Shown in pieces: positions 29,238-40,729 of a DNA stretch of 64,000 nt; positions within the stretch are counted from its first letter, which is position 1; every line of letters begins with the position of its first letter. Source of the stretch: an uncultured Acidobacteriota bacterium (GTDB taxonomy: Bacteria > Acidobacteriota > UBA6911 > RPQK01); assembly GCA_963744645.1 (NCBI GenBank), contig CAVUUN010000010.1, positions 122,150-186,149 of the forward strand, given 5' to 3'. The notes beneath the pieces were generated by a model, which ran no database searches, was not told where the DNA came from, and worked only from the letters and a program-made list of their open reading frames with translations. The translations under genes were made by a program, and so were the position numbers.

Positions 29238-32200
29238 TTGGCTTTTTATTGGAACTCACTCTCGATGATGCTCTCCCGAAGCCCAAAGGAGTCTCCAGTG
29301 CGAATTCGGCTGCTCCCTCTATTATTTGCGTGCTCACTCGTTGCCGTCGTGCTCGCGCAAGCACTCGTGGCCGCCCCTATTGCCGACCACCTGGAACGGG
29401 CAAAAGTGCTATTGCAGAGGCTGAAGCTTCCCCCCAGTCCGCAGCCGGGTCTTGAAAGCTACGACTTTGTTCAGGACAACTACGAGCTGGTTCGGGAAAT
29501 GCAAAAGGAATGCAATGCTGCCGAAGATCATTACGCGACAGAAGGAATCCCGGATCGGCAGATGACGGATGCACTCGCCAGGCTGCATTTGATCATGGCG
29601 TGTGCGGGTATCCTCATCAATGATCACGAAGTGTTCGAGCTGAATGTCCAAGCTGGCTGCCGGGTGTTACGCGCCGCCTACGGCTACGACCAGGGCCGCT
29701 GTCTGGAAGCGCTGGCGAACCTCGGCAACGACTACACGATCGGAGCGCAGCCGCTGAGCGTGTTCTACCAGAGGCTGAAGGGCGGGTATGAGGCGGTTCG
29801 TGAGAACAGCAAAGAAGTCGAGATTCGCTTCGAACGGTCGTCTAACCTCGTCCCTCTAAGTGAGCTGGGCGTGAGAGCCCTGCCAGGCGCCTCGCCTTAC
29901 GCGCAAGCATTCGCCCAATCGCTGGACAGCCGGCTGCGGGAGCCGGTCGAAAAGAACTGGTTCATCACCTATTACCTCGACCAGGCGGCTCAACGGCAAA
30001 TGGCGATCCAGCCGACTGACTACTTCGCCGTCAACCCGGGAAACGTCGAAAAGACCCAGTGGGTTGCGCAGGTGGGAACGGAATTCCGGAATCTCAACCC
30101 GGTGACCCTGAAGCTCCGGATTCCCGAGGGGAAGTACTACTTCTATAAACGCGGCGAAGCCGTCACAGATGCGAAGGCCAATCTGGAAGTCGGCGGAGAA
30201 GGCGCCAGGATCCCGAAAACGGCTATCGTGAAGGTGGACGAATCGGGCACCCGGGTGTCGACCGAGTTGCTCTATGCCTCCGACGCGACTCCCCTCACCT
30301 TCCGGCCCGAGTTCTCCCTCCTCGATTTTCGCCTCGGCAAAGACAACGAGGCGGGGGGCTCGAAGGCGCGGTTGGCGGGCGAATGTTCCAGAGATTCGGC
30401 CAACACCTGGCCCTCCAAACGCAGGGCGAGTTCGAATTCCGCAAGCATCGCGATCTCATGGACCTGGATCAGGTCCTGGCCAATATCCCTTCACAGTACC
30501 TGCCGCGCGAGCAGCGTGACCCCTTCGATTTCAGCGCCAGGGAATTCCAGCTGGACATCGGCCCGGTTGTCCGCGTAAAGAACCTTCAGTTCGCCGCCCT
30601 GCAGAGCCTGCGCTACGTGAAGCGCAATACCTGGGACGATGGAGGTTACATCGGTCAGTTCTTCTTCAACGCGGGGTACCTCTTCAAATACGGCCAGGTC
30701 GGCTTGTTTGCCACCACGTCGAACATCGATGAGCCGGTCGTGAATGCCGTGCAGTTCGACGACGTTCTGTTCGAAGAAACCTACCTGAAGGTGGCCGATC
30801 AGTTTGGCGTCAACTTTCAGTTGGGTCCCCCCAACAGCCGGAACATCGGATACTTCGAAGGTTCCGCTGGTTACATCAAAATGGCCACCGTCGAGTCGGC
30901 CTTTGGAGGCAACCTTCGCTACATCCAGCCGCTGCCGTGGGAGAGGTTCCGTGACCGCCTGGCGGTCACCGCCGAGGTCGGCTACAACGAGGGCTTCATC
31001 AAGAGCACCGAGAACAACCTCCGAGTCGGAATTGGGCTCAGGTTCGGGAAATGGACCCGTCCCTCCGACTTCACGCAGGCCAATCAGGGAGCGGTCCCGG
31101 TTATCGTGCCGCGGATTCGCTACGAGACCCTCACCCGCATCGTGCGTCACGGTAACCGACGGCCGATCGCGGATGCCGGCCCGGATCAGATCGGCGTCGA
31201 TTGGCGCAATGGACAGATCGTCCTCGACGGTAGCGGGTCGAACGACCCGGACGGCGATTCCCTGACCTATGCCTGGAGGGCCGTGAAGCCTCTGGTGGCA
31301 CTGCAGGATCCGAATACGGCCCATCCCCGCTTTACCCCAACTAATGGCGAAGACTACACCTTCGAACTGATTGTCAAAGACAGCTTCGGGCTGGAAAGCG
31401 AGCCGGACACCGTCCGCGTCACCACGCTGAGGATTGTTCAGCCCAAGGTTCTCGACTTCCGGGTCGACAACGCGCTTTTCCGGACCCCAGGATGCCAGGG
31501 AGCCGTTCCACCCACCCTTTTCTGGAAGGTCCAGGATGCGGCGCGCATCACGATCAGCAATACCTCCATCGACAAGACAGTCACTGCGGCAGTCGACGAA
31601 GGCCAGGTTCAGGTCAACCCGACCGAGACGATCACTTATACTCTGACCGCGTTCAACCTCGTCAACGAGGCGGTGAGCGCGACGGTCACCGTGACCGTGC
31701 GGCCGTGCCTGCCGGTGATCAACAGTTTTACAGCCACTCCTCCTGAAATTCGGAGCGGCGGCACTTCGGTGCTGACCTGGCAGGTGGAGAGTGCCGAGAC
31801 GCTGAGGTTGACCAATGATGGGACAAGCCGCGATCTGACGGGGACGTCGATTACGGTCAATCCCACGAAGACAACCGTGTACACCCTGACCGCTTACAAC
31901 AGGGCGGGAGAGATCGTATCAGCGGAAGTGACCGTGACGGTTAAGGATGCCCTGCCTGCTATCAGGAGTTTTACAGCGACTCCCGCCGAAATCTCTGCCG
32001 GAGAGAACTCCGTTCTTGCCTGGGAAGTGGAAAACGCCTCCAGAATCACCCTGACCAACGGCGGGGATGTTCAGGATCTGACTGGTTCGCAGAGCCGTAC
32101 CGTCGCTCCTGCTCAAACCACGGTTTACACGCTCAATGTCTTCAACAATGCCGGGGAATCGGCCACAGCGCAGGTGACCGTCACGGTGAAAGACAGACTC

Positions 32201-33511
32201 CCGAGGATCCTCAGCTTCACGGCCTCACCTCCCGAAATTCGGAAAGGTGAAAGCGCGGTGCTTGCCTGGCAGCTGGAGAACGCCTACAGGATGACGCTCA
32301 CAAATGGCGGCAACCAAGTGCAGTCGCCGGTCACCCCTTACCTCGTCACTCCTGACCAGACGACCGTCTACACCCTGACCGTTTTCAACAGGACGGGCGA
32401 AACGACGACCGCGCAGGTCACGGTGACGGTGAAACCGAAAATGCTGGTGATTCGCAGTTTTGCCGCCAATCCGCCGGAGATCCAGCCAACTCAATCCTCG
32501 GTTCTATCCTGGCAGATTGACCAGGCCGATGCAGATTCCCGCATCAGCCTGACGAACGGGCCGTCCAACCTGGGGCCGACCGGCACATACGCGGTGACCC
32601 CGTCCGCCACAACCATTTACACCCTGAATGCCTGCAATACGGCCGGGGAATGCGCGACTGCCTCCGTGACCGTGGTTGTTCGCGAGTTACCCGTCATCAG
32701 CCTCTTTATGGCGATACCGCCGGAGATCGATCTCGGACAGACGTCTACGTTGAGCTGGAAGGTGTCGAGCGCAAGCCAGGTCTCCATCACGAACGTTCCG
32801 GTTCCTATCGACCCCAGGCAATTGGAGGGAACTAAGGTTGTAAGTCCTCTTGAAACCACGATTTATACGATCAATGCCTGCAACGTCAGGGGCGATTGCG
32901 TCAGCTCCTCGTTGACGGTGACAGTCAGGCAGGTTTTGCCCCCGATCGAAATCACGTACTTCAGGGCCAATCCGGAGGAGATCGAGGAGGGCGGACAGTC
33001 AACCTTGAGCTGGGAAGTACACAACGCCTCGCGCGTGACAATCCCGGAGGCTAATTTCGACAACAGTCAGGTTACCAACCCGTACATAAATAGCCTAACC
33101 GTCGCGCCTCGGGTGGCCACGACTTACACCCTGATCGCGTGCAATGCGGCCGACGTCTGTCGCAGCAAATCGGTCACCGTGACAGTCAGCCCCCCGGCTG
33201 TCCCGAGGATTCTGTACTTCACGGCGAACCCGCCGCTGATCGACCAGGCCGAGCATCGTTACTCCGATCTCTCGTGGGAGATTGTAGGCGCGACTCAGTT
33301 GACGATAACGAATCTGTCTGATGACGGTATTCCGTTCCAATTCAAGGATTCGCGCCGGGTCTCGCCCGCGCAGACGACGACCTACACGATCGCTGCCTGC
33401 AATGCCGGAGGGCGGTGTGCGTCGGCGGCCGTCACGTTGGTTGTTCAGGAATCCGCGCCTGTCAGTCGTTCGAGCCCGAGCTTGAGCCAAGAATCGGGCC
33501 GTTGGCCCTAA
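29238..33511 (+). CDS. Giant secreted surface/adhesin-like protein (~1,420 aa): signal peptide, helical and beta-rich N-terminal domains, one PKD domain, and 12 tandem ~85-aa Ig-like repeats. Probably one gene broken at a G6 homopolymer (30352-30357).
   Basis: ORF 29238..30578 is meaningful only to about 30350. ORF 30383..33511 follows in another frame. Adding one G to gaggcggggggctcg gives a continuous ...RLGKDNEAGGLEGAVGGRMFQRFGQ.... The PKD signature is IADAGPDQIGVDWRNGQIVLDGSGSNDPDGDSLTYAW. The repeat unit is roughly P.I.SFTA.P.EI..G..S.L.W.V..A....LTN.G......T.....P..TTVYTLTA.N.AGE..A.VTVTV. Confidence 0.7.
31710..33460. repeat. 12 tandem ~255-bp coding repeats (Ig-like domain array) inside the giant protein gene
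   Basis: A diverged ~85-aa module recurs with conserved TTVYTL(T/N)A.N and VTVTV(K/R) blocks. The DNA-level similarity is moderate. Confidence 0.75.
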
Positions 33512-33612
33512 AAACGCTCTTCCGGCACTGAAGTTAGCGTGTCCGGGGCGAAACAGGGTTCTCTATCCACTGAGTGAGAAAACGGGGAGGCGGGAGGCGG
33601 TAAGCGGGATTG

Positions 33613-33704
33613 GGAATCGGGGACACAATACTTAATTCCCAAAGCGTTCACCTGCTCTCCGCAGGTTCACGGGAATTGAGTTTATGTCCCCGATTTCCAA
33701 TCCC
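33613..33704. repeat. Dispersed palindromic element, copy A (~90 bp). Arms are cggggacacaatacttaattccc / gggaattgagtttatgtccccg around a loop holding a second palindrome cctgctctccgcagg.
   Basis: About 90% identical to copy B at 36199-36290. The arms are shared with copy C (48800-48942) and half-copy D (62983-63020). It lies immediately upstream of the hybrid kinase gene. Confidence 0.7.
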
Positions 33705-33706
33705 CG

Positions 33707-36139
33707 GTGGTCGAGTCTGGATCGATCCCGACCCCTGACAACTCCGGCCTTGTCAGTGGTGCAGCGCTGGGGGATAATCGCGCGGTTAGCCAGTTGGGGG
33801 GGCAAGTGGAAGGGGGGGCGCAGCAACTGTCGGTTTTGTCTTCCGAGAAAGCAACATATGAGTCTCGGGAGCCCTCTGCTCACCCGTTCCGGTGGGTGAT
33901 GGTGCTCGCCATTGCCTCCCTGGCGGTGTGCGCTCTCTGCGTGATGGTCTTCATTCCCTCCTCGTATTCGCTCCCTCTCGTCGAAATCCAGAACGTGGCA
34001 ACGGGACCATGGCAGGGTGTAAGTCCTATCTTCAGCTATTACCCCAACGCCAAGATCGAGATCGTTGAGAATGGGCCTGGCCAAGAGGACCAGCCGCACA
34101 AGTTTTTGCGCTGCCGGGTGGCCAAGGCGGACGGGTGGACAGGGTTTGGGATTCTGACCACCGCAAGCGCGGCCGGGGACGCGACCCTTTATCTCCGATG
34201 GCGATGCAGCGGTACCGCTCCCCACATCCAGATCGATTTGCGCGAGCGCCCGCGGAAGCCCGGCGAGCCGTCAGGGGAAGTCTTCTCGGCCGCCGTACCC
34301 TTCGTCTCGAATAAATGGGCGACGACGCCTCTGCCGCTCCGCGGCCTTTCCAGGAATCAGTTCTACCAGCCGGCCGGGATTCACGGCAATGGAGTGCTTG
34401 ATGCCGACCGGGTCGAGCTCATAGCCTTCACCTTGCCGCCCGGCTCGGAAGTGACGATCGACATCGCGGACCTGAGATTCGAGTGGCATAGCTCCAAGTG
34501 GCAGGTGGTCGGAGGCATTCTCGCGGTCGGCTTCCTGGCGATCCTCGTGATGGAGGCGGCACAGCTCGCAATCAGGAGGCGTAAAGCGGAGCGGACGCTG
34601 AGAACCTCGGAGGCCAACTACCTCACGATTTTCAACGCGGTGCGGGAAGGGATATGGGTGCTCGACGCGGAGACCGGGAAGATACAGGACGTGAATCGAA
34701 CCGCTTGTGAGATGCTGGGCCTGGGGCGGGACTCGATGCTCGGTCGGCCCTTCACCGATCTGGCGTTCGATCTCAGCCTCCAGGATTGCCGGCACGCCTT
34801 CGGCAAAAGTGTCGCGACCACCTATCACGAATTCGAGTGCAGGCTTCAGCGACAGAACGGCGAGACGGTCTGGGGAGATCTGCGCACCACTCGAACCGAA
34901 ATCGGTGAGCAGCAGCTGCTTCTGGTCGTGATGCGCGAGATCAGTGACAAGAAAGAGGCTGAACAGGAGCGGCTCCGGTTGGAGCAGCGATTGATGCAGT
35001 CCCAGAAGATGGAAGCACTGGGCAAGCTCGCCGGCGGCATTGCCCACGACTTCAACAATATTCTGACCGGCATCAGCCTGGCTGCCGACATGGCTTTACT
35101 GAAAGGCGGTCCCGATGCGCCGATGGTCCCCGAGATCCGGCAGGTTCGTGAACTGGCCGACCGGGCGACCGGACTGACAAAGCAGATGCTGACCTTCAGT
35201 CGCCGGCAACCGCTCCATCCGGTGCCGCTCCACCTAAACGCCCTAATCCAGGGCTCCTTGTCGATGCTCGTCCGGCTGATCGGCGAAGATATTCGCCTTA
35301 CGTTTCACGCCGACACGGACCGGGATCTCATCCGGGCCGATCAAAGTCAGATCGAGCGGGTGCTGATGAACCTGGCGATCAATTCCCGGGACGCCATGCC
35401 GAAGGGCGGGAATATCACAATCCGAACCTGCACCCAGATTCTGAAAGGCAGGCGCTCTGACCTGGACCTGTCGCCTGGCGAATATGTCGTGCTGGAAGTC
35501 GCGGATACGGGGCAGGGAATAGACGAGGCAATCCGGGAGCGAATCTTCGAACCTTTCTTCACTACCAAGGAATTGGGGAGGGGCACAGGCCTCGGCCTGT
35601 CGACGGTCTACGGAATCGTGACCAAACACAAGGCGGCGATCACGGTCGAGAGCTCACCGGGTTCCGGCTCCAGGTTTCGCCTCTTCTTCCCCTACCTTGT
35701 GGTCGGCGAGGCAAAGGTCCGGGTGCGCGAGGAGGCGAAGCCGTCGGTTCAGGGCGGCAACGAGTTGGTCCTCATTCTGGAGGACGATCCGGACGTTCGC
35801 CAGCTTGTCGAAGCCACCCTGACCAGTTTCGGCTACCAAACGGTATCGGCCGCGTCCGCGATTGAGGCTGAATTGCTTTACCGCGACCGGAGGGATGAGG
35901 TGGCGCTCCTGCTCGCGGATGTTGTCATGCCAGGCGAGAGTGGACCTCAGTTTTACCACCGCATGGTCCGGGAGAACCCGGACCTGAAGGTCCTGTTCAT
36001 GTCCGGGTATGCGGATACGAAGTCCATTTGTACTGATGTCCGTCGCCAGGGATTGCCTCTGATCCAGAAGCCGTTTCAGCTGGCCGATCTGGGCCGGTTG
36101 GTCCGCGAGATTCTCGAAGCGTCGACAGTGCGGGCCTAG
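33707..36139 (+). CDS. Hybrid sensor histidine kinase / response regulator (periplasmic sensor domain, TM, PAS, HisKA, HATPase_c, REC)
   Basis: 810 aa. The PAS domain is [15 protein letters not shown]. The H-box is [17 protein letters not shown]. The N/G boxes are [16 protein letters not shown] and GTGLGLS. The C-terminal receiver is LILEDDPDV...LLADVVMPG...KPF. The true start may be an internal GTG/ATG near 33900. Confidence 0.85.
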   Translation: MVESGSIPTPDNSGLVSGAALGDNRAVSQLGGQVEGGAQQLSVLSSEKATYESREPSAHPFRWVMVLAIASLAVCALCVMVFIPSSYSLPLVEIQNVATGPWQGVSPIFSYYPNAKIEIVENGPGQEDQPHKFLRCRVAKADGWTGFGILTTASAAGDATLYLRWRCSGTAPHIQIDLRERPRKPGEPSGEVFSAAVPFVSNKWATTPLPLRGLSRNQFYQPAGIHGNGVLDADRVELIAFTLPPGSEVTIDIADLRFEWHSSKWQVVGGILAVGFLAILVMEAAQLAIRRRKAERTLRTSEANYLTIFNAVREGIWVLDAETGKIQDVNRTACEMLGLGRDSMLGRPFTDLAFDLSLQDCRHAFGKSVATTYHEFECRLQRQNGETVWGDLRTTRTEIGEQQLLLVVMREISDKKEAEQERLRLEQRLMQSQKMEALGKLAGGIAHDFNNILTGISLAADMALLKGGPDAPMVPEIRQVRELADRATGLTKQMLTFSRRQPLHPVPLHLNALIQGSLSMLVRLIGEDIRLTFHADTDRDLIRADQSQIERVLMNLAINSRDAMPKGGNITIRTCTQILKGRRSDLDLSPGEYVVLEVADTGQGIDEAIRERIFEPFFTTKELGRGTGLGLSTVYGIVTKHKAAITVESSPGSGSRFRLFFPYLVVGEAKVRVREEAKPSVQGGNELVLILEDDPDVRQLVEATLTSFGYQTVSAASAIEAELLYRDRRDEVALLLADVVMPGESGPQFYHRMVRENPDLKVLFMSGYADTKSICTDVRRQGLPLIQKPFQLADLGRLVREILEASTVRA

Positions 36140-36198
36140 CCGAGGGGGGAAGCCGGAAAATCGGTGAGGCGGGGGCGACGGCAAGGGAAATCCGGGGC

Positions 36199-36290
36199 GG
36201 GAAATCGGGGACACAATACCTAATTCCCAAAGCGTTTACCTGCTGTCGCAGGTTCACGGGGATTAGGTTTATGTCGCCGATTTCTTCCCC
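36199..36290. repeat. Dispersed palindromic element, copy B
   Basis: gggaaatcggggacacaatacctaattcccaaagcgtttacctgctgtcgcaggttcacggggattaggtttatgtcgccgatttcttcccc lies between the kinase stop and the protease gene start. Confidence 0.7.
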
Positions 36291-36322
36291 GGGGAGTCCG
36301 TCGGGGGCGTTGAGGTCCAACC

Positions 36323-39300
36323 GTGAAGAGAACAACAACAGCCTTCCTGCTCCTACTCGCGTTTTTCCCTGTCAGCGCCCTCGCCGGCACGCCGCCGCAG
36401 GCGGGGTCCAATCGACCTGCAAACCTCCCCTGGGCGACCAGTCCCTGGCGACAGGGCGCGCCTGCGGCCCGACTCGGACCCCAACCCTGGCTGATTGTTC
36501 TGTGTCGTTTTGCAGACGACCCGAGCACGCCCCGTTCTCGCGAGTACTATGAAAGCCTGCTCGGTTCCGAAGCGCCGGGGCTTGACCACTATTGGCGGGA
36601 GGTATCCTACGGCCTGGTCAGCCTGGCCGGAAGTCGAGCGGTTGGATGGTACACGCTGCCTCGTGCGCGTTCCTACTACGTCGGGGCGAACGGGCTTGAC
36701 GGTTACCATGCCTTTCAGGACGCCACCGCGCTTGCCGATCCGGATGTGTACTTCCCCGCTTTTGTCGGCATGAGCCTGGTCTTCAACGGCCTCTTGGGGG
36801 ATCGCGAGCAAGATCGGGCCACGGCTTACGGCGGATCGATCTACACCCGGCTCGACGGTGTGTCGCGGAACTGGGGAGTGACGTACATTCCCGCGGGCAT
36901 CGGCACCTGGGTGTTCCAGCGCGAGGTTTTCAACGTTCATAACGTCTTCGCCCACGAGATGGGGCACGCACTCGGCCTGCCTCATTCATCCGGCCCATAC
37001 GGTTTCAATTACGACAACTTCTGGGACGTGATGAGTTATTGGGGTGCGAACGTCACCGACCCCGATTACGGCATCTTGGGAATCCACACGATCGCTTACC
37101 ACAAGGACATGTTGGGGTGGTTGCCGGAGGAGTCAAGGCACACCGTCGGCGCGGGCAGCCAGTCGAGGATTCGAATCGAAAGGTTGGCTCAACCGGAAGC
37201 CCCTGGGTTCCTTATGGCTAAAGTCCCGATCGGGGACTCGTCCACCCGGTACTACACTTTCGAGTACCGGTACCGAATCGGTTACGACAGCGGACTTCCG
37301 GACGACGGCGTGATTATCCATGACATCGACAGCGAGCGTCACGAAGTGAACATTAACTGGGGTGCCACCGAATGGCACCCCGCCCACATTGTCGATCAGG
37401 ATGGCAACGGGAATACGGGCGATGACGGCGCTGTGTGGAAAACGGATGAGGTTTTCGTGGACCGGGCCAACGGAATCAGCGCGAGGATCGAGGAGATGAG
37501 CTCGGCAGGTGCGTGGCTGACGTTGAACAACAATGCGCTTTTCTTCTCAGACTTCGTTTGCGGTCCGGAGATCGAATCCACCGTCATTCTCCTGAATCCT
37601 TCCGGAGAGTCCGAAACACCGGGCAGTCTGAACGCGAGGCGTGCGGACGGGCAGGCATGGCCGATCAACATGGACGGTCAGCCGGGGGAGCAAGACGGGG
37701 AGGGACGCTTCCGGTTCTCGCTTGCGCCTCGGGGCTGCGCTTTTTACCATCCGGGTTCGGAGAGCGACGCGAGCAGCGGATGGCTGCAAGTGAGCTCCGA
37801 CAGACCTCTGGCCGGCTCGGTACTTTTTGCGAGCGTCCACGGAATGGCTGCGGTCCCGGCGTCGACACTGTCCGTCCGATCACTGCTCCTTCCGGTCATC
37901 CAGGATGCGGGCCTGGGAATCCGGACCGGCCTCGCCCTCTCCAACCCCAATCCGGAAGCTGTTGAAATTGCCCTGCAGCTGCGCACTCAATCCGGGGACC
38001 CGATCGCAAGCCGCTCGTCGACGCTGCATTTGGAGGCAGCCGGCCAGACAGTGCAATATATCGATGAGCTTTTGCCCGGCTTCTCGACGGACACGGGCTT
38101 TACCGGCACGCTCAGCGTGACCTCCCCCCTTCCCTTCGACGGTCTGGCGATCATGAGCTCTCCCGGAGCCTATGCCACCCTCCCCGTCGCATCGCAGACG
38201 GCTGGTCGGCGTCCCGGGCCGCTTGCCGACGTCAGCACAATCGCCGGTCGACCTCTCGAACCAGGCGGCCTGGATGGCGACCGTAACGAAGCTCTCCTGT
38301 CTTCTCCTCGGGATGCAGCGGTCGACGAGGCAGGCAACATTTATGTGGCTGACAGCGGAAACCACACTATTCGCAGGATCGACGCGGTCACCGGGAGGGT
38401 CACAACTTTTGCCGGTCAGACGGGCGTCAGCGGGTCCTCCGACGGGGCAGCCGCTTCAGCGAGATTCAAGACGCCGCGGGCGGTTTGTCTGGACTCGAGT
38501 GGAAACCTGCTCGTGGCCGATTCCCAGAACCACACCATCCGGCGGATCGGTGCGGACGGCGTCGTCTCGACTCTGGCGGGAAAGGCGGGCGAATACGGAT
38601 GGGCCGACGGGAAGGGAGTGGATGCGCGGTTTGATGATCCGTCCGGGATAGCTGTTAGTGGATCTGGCGTCATCTATGTTTCGGACCGGGATAACCACTC
38701 TATCCGCAAGGTCACGCCTGACGGTGTTGTGAGCACATTGGCCGGAACCCCGCGGCGGGCGGGGTACGCGGATGGGCCGGGTCAAAACGCCCGCTTCAGC
38801 CAGCCGTGGAAGATCGCCGTCGATTCCCGGGAGAACGTCTTTGTCGCCGACTATCGCAATGCGCTTGTCCGTAAAGTAGCGTCTGACGGGCAGGTGACGA
38901 CCATCGGCGGAACCTGCAATGTGCCCGGGTACAAGGACGGCGCCCCTTCCAGTGCTCTGTTCAGCTTTCCGTCCGGAATTGCCGTGGACGCTTCCGGGAC
39001 CGTCTTCGTGGCGGATGGATACGTTATCCGACGGGTGGAGCCGGACGGATATGTGACCACGCTGGCCGGTTATCCTGAAGCTCCGACCTCGCCGATTTCC
39101 CCTTGTGGAACGAGCGACGGCGTGGGTAAAGAGGCTCGCTTCGGATACACGTCGTCGATTCAATTCGGACCAGGCGGCACCCTCGTGGTTGCCGACACCT
39201 CCAACCACACGGTCCGCCGTCTGGTCGTCAAAGATAAAGTCGAACGGCTCCATTTCCCCCAGTTCGCCAGTGGAGCCGGGCTCGTTTCAACGCTCGTGCT

Positions 39301-39907
39301 CGCGAACCCTTCTCAGACTCAATCGGCCAACGGACGGATCGAGCTGTTCGACAGCCAGGGGCAGCCGCTGGCGACAACGATCAATGATCAGCCGGCCAAC
39401 CGGGAACTGACCTTTGATGTTCCTCCCCTTGGGATACGTTTGTTTAGAAGCACGAGCGCCGGAGAACGGTCCGTCGGGTCGGCGATCGTAGAGAGCAACT
39501 CGTCGCTGACCGGCACGGTTTTGTTCTCGGGTGTTGCGGGTTTGGCCGGTGTTCCCGCCTCTCGAGCAACCCGACGACTGGCGACTGCGGTCGATTCCGA
39601 CGTGGCGAGGACCGTTGCCACCGGGTTGGCGCTTATGAACCCGAACCCGATTCCAGTAGATGTGACGTTACGGCTTCGAGACATGGCTGGGACGGCTGTC
39701 GCTTCCGCCGTAATTCAGATCCCTGCGAACGGACAACTGGCGCGGTTTCCCCAGGAGCTCTTCGGGGACTTGCCCGCTTTAAAGAAGTTCCAGGGATCAT
39801 TGGAAGCAGAAGCAGCCTCGCCTGTCTGCGGCGTTGGCTTGCGAGTTGTGCCGGGAGAGCTGGCCACCCTCCCGGTGGCTGTTCTCGATTTCTTAGCGGG
39901 CCAGTAA
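36323..39907 (+). CDS. Secreted zinc metalloprotease (M6/immune-inhibitor-A-like HEXXHXXGXXH) fused to an NHL-repeat beta-propeller and C-terminal beta-sandwich domains
   Basis: 1,194 aa. Signal peptide AFLLLLAFFPVSALA. Zinc site VFAHEMGHALGLPH. At least 6 NHL-like repeats (DEAGNIYVADSGNHTIRRID, DSSGNLLVADSQNHTIRRIG, SGSGVIYVSDRDNHSIRKV and others). Confidence 0.8.
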   Translation: MKRTTTAFLLLLAFFPVSALAGTPPQAGSNRPANLPWATSPWRQGAPAARLGPQPWLIVLCRFADDPSTPRSREYYESLLGSEAPGLDHYWREVSYGLVSLAGSRAVGWYTLPRARSYYVGANGLDGYHAFQDATALADPDVYFPAFVGMSLVFNGLLGDREQDRATAYGGSIYTRLDGVSRNWGVTYIPAGIGTWVFQREVFNVHNVFAHEMGHALGLPHSSGPYGFNYDNFWDVMSYWGANVTDPDYGILGIHTIAYHKDMLGWLPEESRHTVGAGSQSRIRIERLAQPEAPGFLMAKVPIGDSSTRYYTFEYRYRIGYDSGLPDDGVIIHDIDSERHEVNINWGATEWHPAHIVDQDGNGNTGDDGAVWKTDEVFVDRANGISARIEEMSSAGAWLTLNNNALFFSDFVCGPEIESTVILLNPSGESETPGSLNARRADGQAWPINMDGQPGEQDGEGRFRFSLAPRGCAFYHPGSESDASSGWLQVSSDRPLAGSVLFASVHGMAAVPASTLSVRSLLLPVIQDAGLGIRTGLALSNPNPEAVEIALQLRTQSGDPIASRSSTLHLEAAGQTVQYIDELLPGFSTDTGFTGTLSVTSPLPFDGLAIMSSPGAYATLPVASQTAGRRPGPLADVSTIAGRPLEPGGLDGDRNEALLSSPRDAAVDEAGNIYVADSGNHTIRRIDAVTGRVTTFAGQTGVSGSSDGAAASARFKTPRAVCLDSSGNLLVADSQNHTIRRIGADGVVSTLAGKAGEYGWADGKGVDARFDDPSGIAVSGSGVIYVSDRDNHSIRKVTPDGVVSTLAGTPRRAGYADGPGQNARFSQPWKIAVDSRENVFVADYRNALVRKVASDGQVTTIGGTCNVPGYKDGAPSSALFSFPSGIAVDASGTVFVADGYVIRRVEPDGYVTTLAGYPEAPTSPISPCGTSDGVGKEARFGYTSSIQFGPGGTLVVADTSNHTVRRLVVKDKVERLHFPQFASGAGLVSTLVLANPSQTQSANGRIELFDSQGQPLATTINDQPANRELTFDVPPLGIRLFRSTSAGERSVGSAIVESNSSLTGTVLFSGVAGLAGVPASRATRRLATAVDSDVARTVATGLALMNPNPIPVDVTLRLRDMAGTAVASAVIQIPANGQLARFPQELFGDLPALKKFQGSLEAEAASPVCGVGLRVVPGELATLPVAVLDFLAGQ

Positions 39908-40729
39908 CGAATCCGCCAGGGCGGACAATTCCGGCGGGGCAACAGGGGCGGGGCTCTGGAGAATCACAACACGGCGGCCGCGGTTCTGGGCTTTGACGCC
40001 CTTGTGCGGGGTGGCCGATAGCCCTGTCACGCTCGCGGCGGCAAATTCGGGGGTCTGGTATTCGGCGAGCAGCGCTTCGACCAGACCTGAAGCGGTACGG
40101 TACGAAGCAAGCCAACCCCGCTCGAAACCCTTCCGTTGGAGTGGTGCGACCCAGGGACGGACGCCAAGACCGATTGGACCGCAAATCGAGACCTCGGTGC
40201 CGGGGACTGGATGGGCCGCGCGAATGGGGCTGAAGACGGACTCCAACCCGCATTCCCCGACGAGCCGGCCGGCGATTCGCCTCGTCAAGTCGCGAACCGC
40301 ATTGGACTGGTTGGCCATAGGATCGTCGTTTCTGCACGCCAGGTAGTACTTCCCCCTCGCCAGAAGGATTTCGCCAGCCGTCATGCTGGCCCGACAGCCG
40401 GGCATGAGATCCGCTTCCGAACCGGGTCGGCGCATGTAACTGTAGAGGGCGGCGGCCGCCGCGCGATCCCTCATCTCGAACAGTTCGACGGTCATCTGGC
40501 TGGCGCCTTGGGAGTACCGGCGAACGGAGAGGGCGAGGGAGCCGTACTCGAGAAAGATGTCCGCACCCCCGTCCATATACGTGTACAGCCCCGAGGAGGT
40601 GTAAGACTCGGGATCGCCGATATCCGCAAAGGGACCCAGCTCGCCCCCGGCCGGCAGCGGGCTTGACGAACCGCAGCCCGTGAGCACCAGGAGGCAGACG
40701 ACCGAAGAGGCGGCGAACCGGCAAATCAT
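39893..40729 (-). CDS. Hypothetical lipoprotein
   Basis: Start at MICRFAASSVVCLLVLTGCGSS (lipobox LTGC), internal to ORF 39893..40891. Protein-like composition. The 3' end overlaps the protease 3' end by 15 nt. A competing alternate-frame 363-aa ORF is Arg/Pro-rich junk. Confidence 0.5.
   Translation of the reverse strand: MICRFAASSVVCLLVLTGCGSSSPLPAGGELGPFADIGDPESYTSSGLYTYMDGGADIFLEYGSLALSVRRYSQGASQMTVELFEMRDRAAAAALYSYMRRPGSEADLMPGCRASMTAGEILLARGKYYLACRNDDPMANQSNAVRDLTRRIAGRLVGECGLESVFSPIRAAHPVPGTEVSICGPIGLGVRPWVAPLQRKGFERGWLASYRTASGLVEALLAEYQTPEFAAASVTGLSATPHKGVKAQNRGRRVVILQSPAPVAPPELSALADSLLAR

Noticed and set aside
39633-40724. ORF 39633..40724(-) 363 aa
   Set aside because: Extreme Arg/Pro/Gly composition (RPLRSPVLPRRQPDDRR...). 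The overlapping frame encoding a lipobox protein is more credible.
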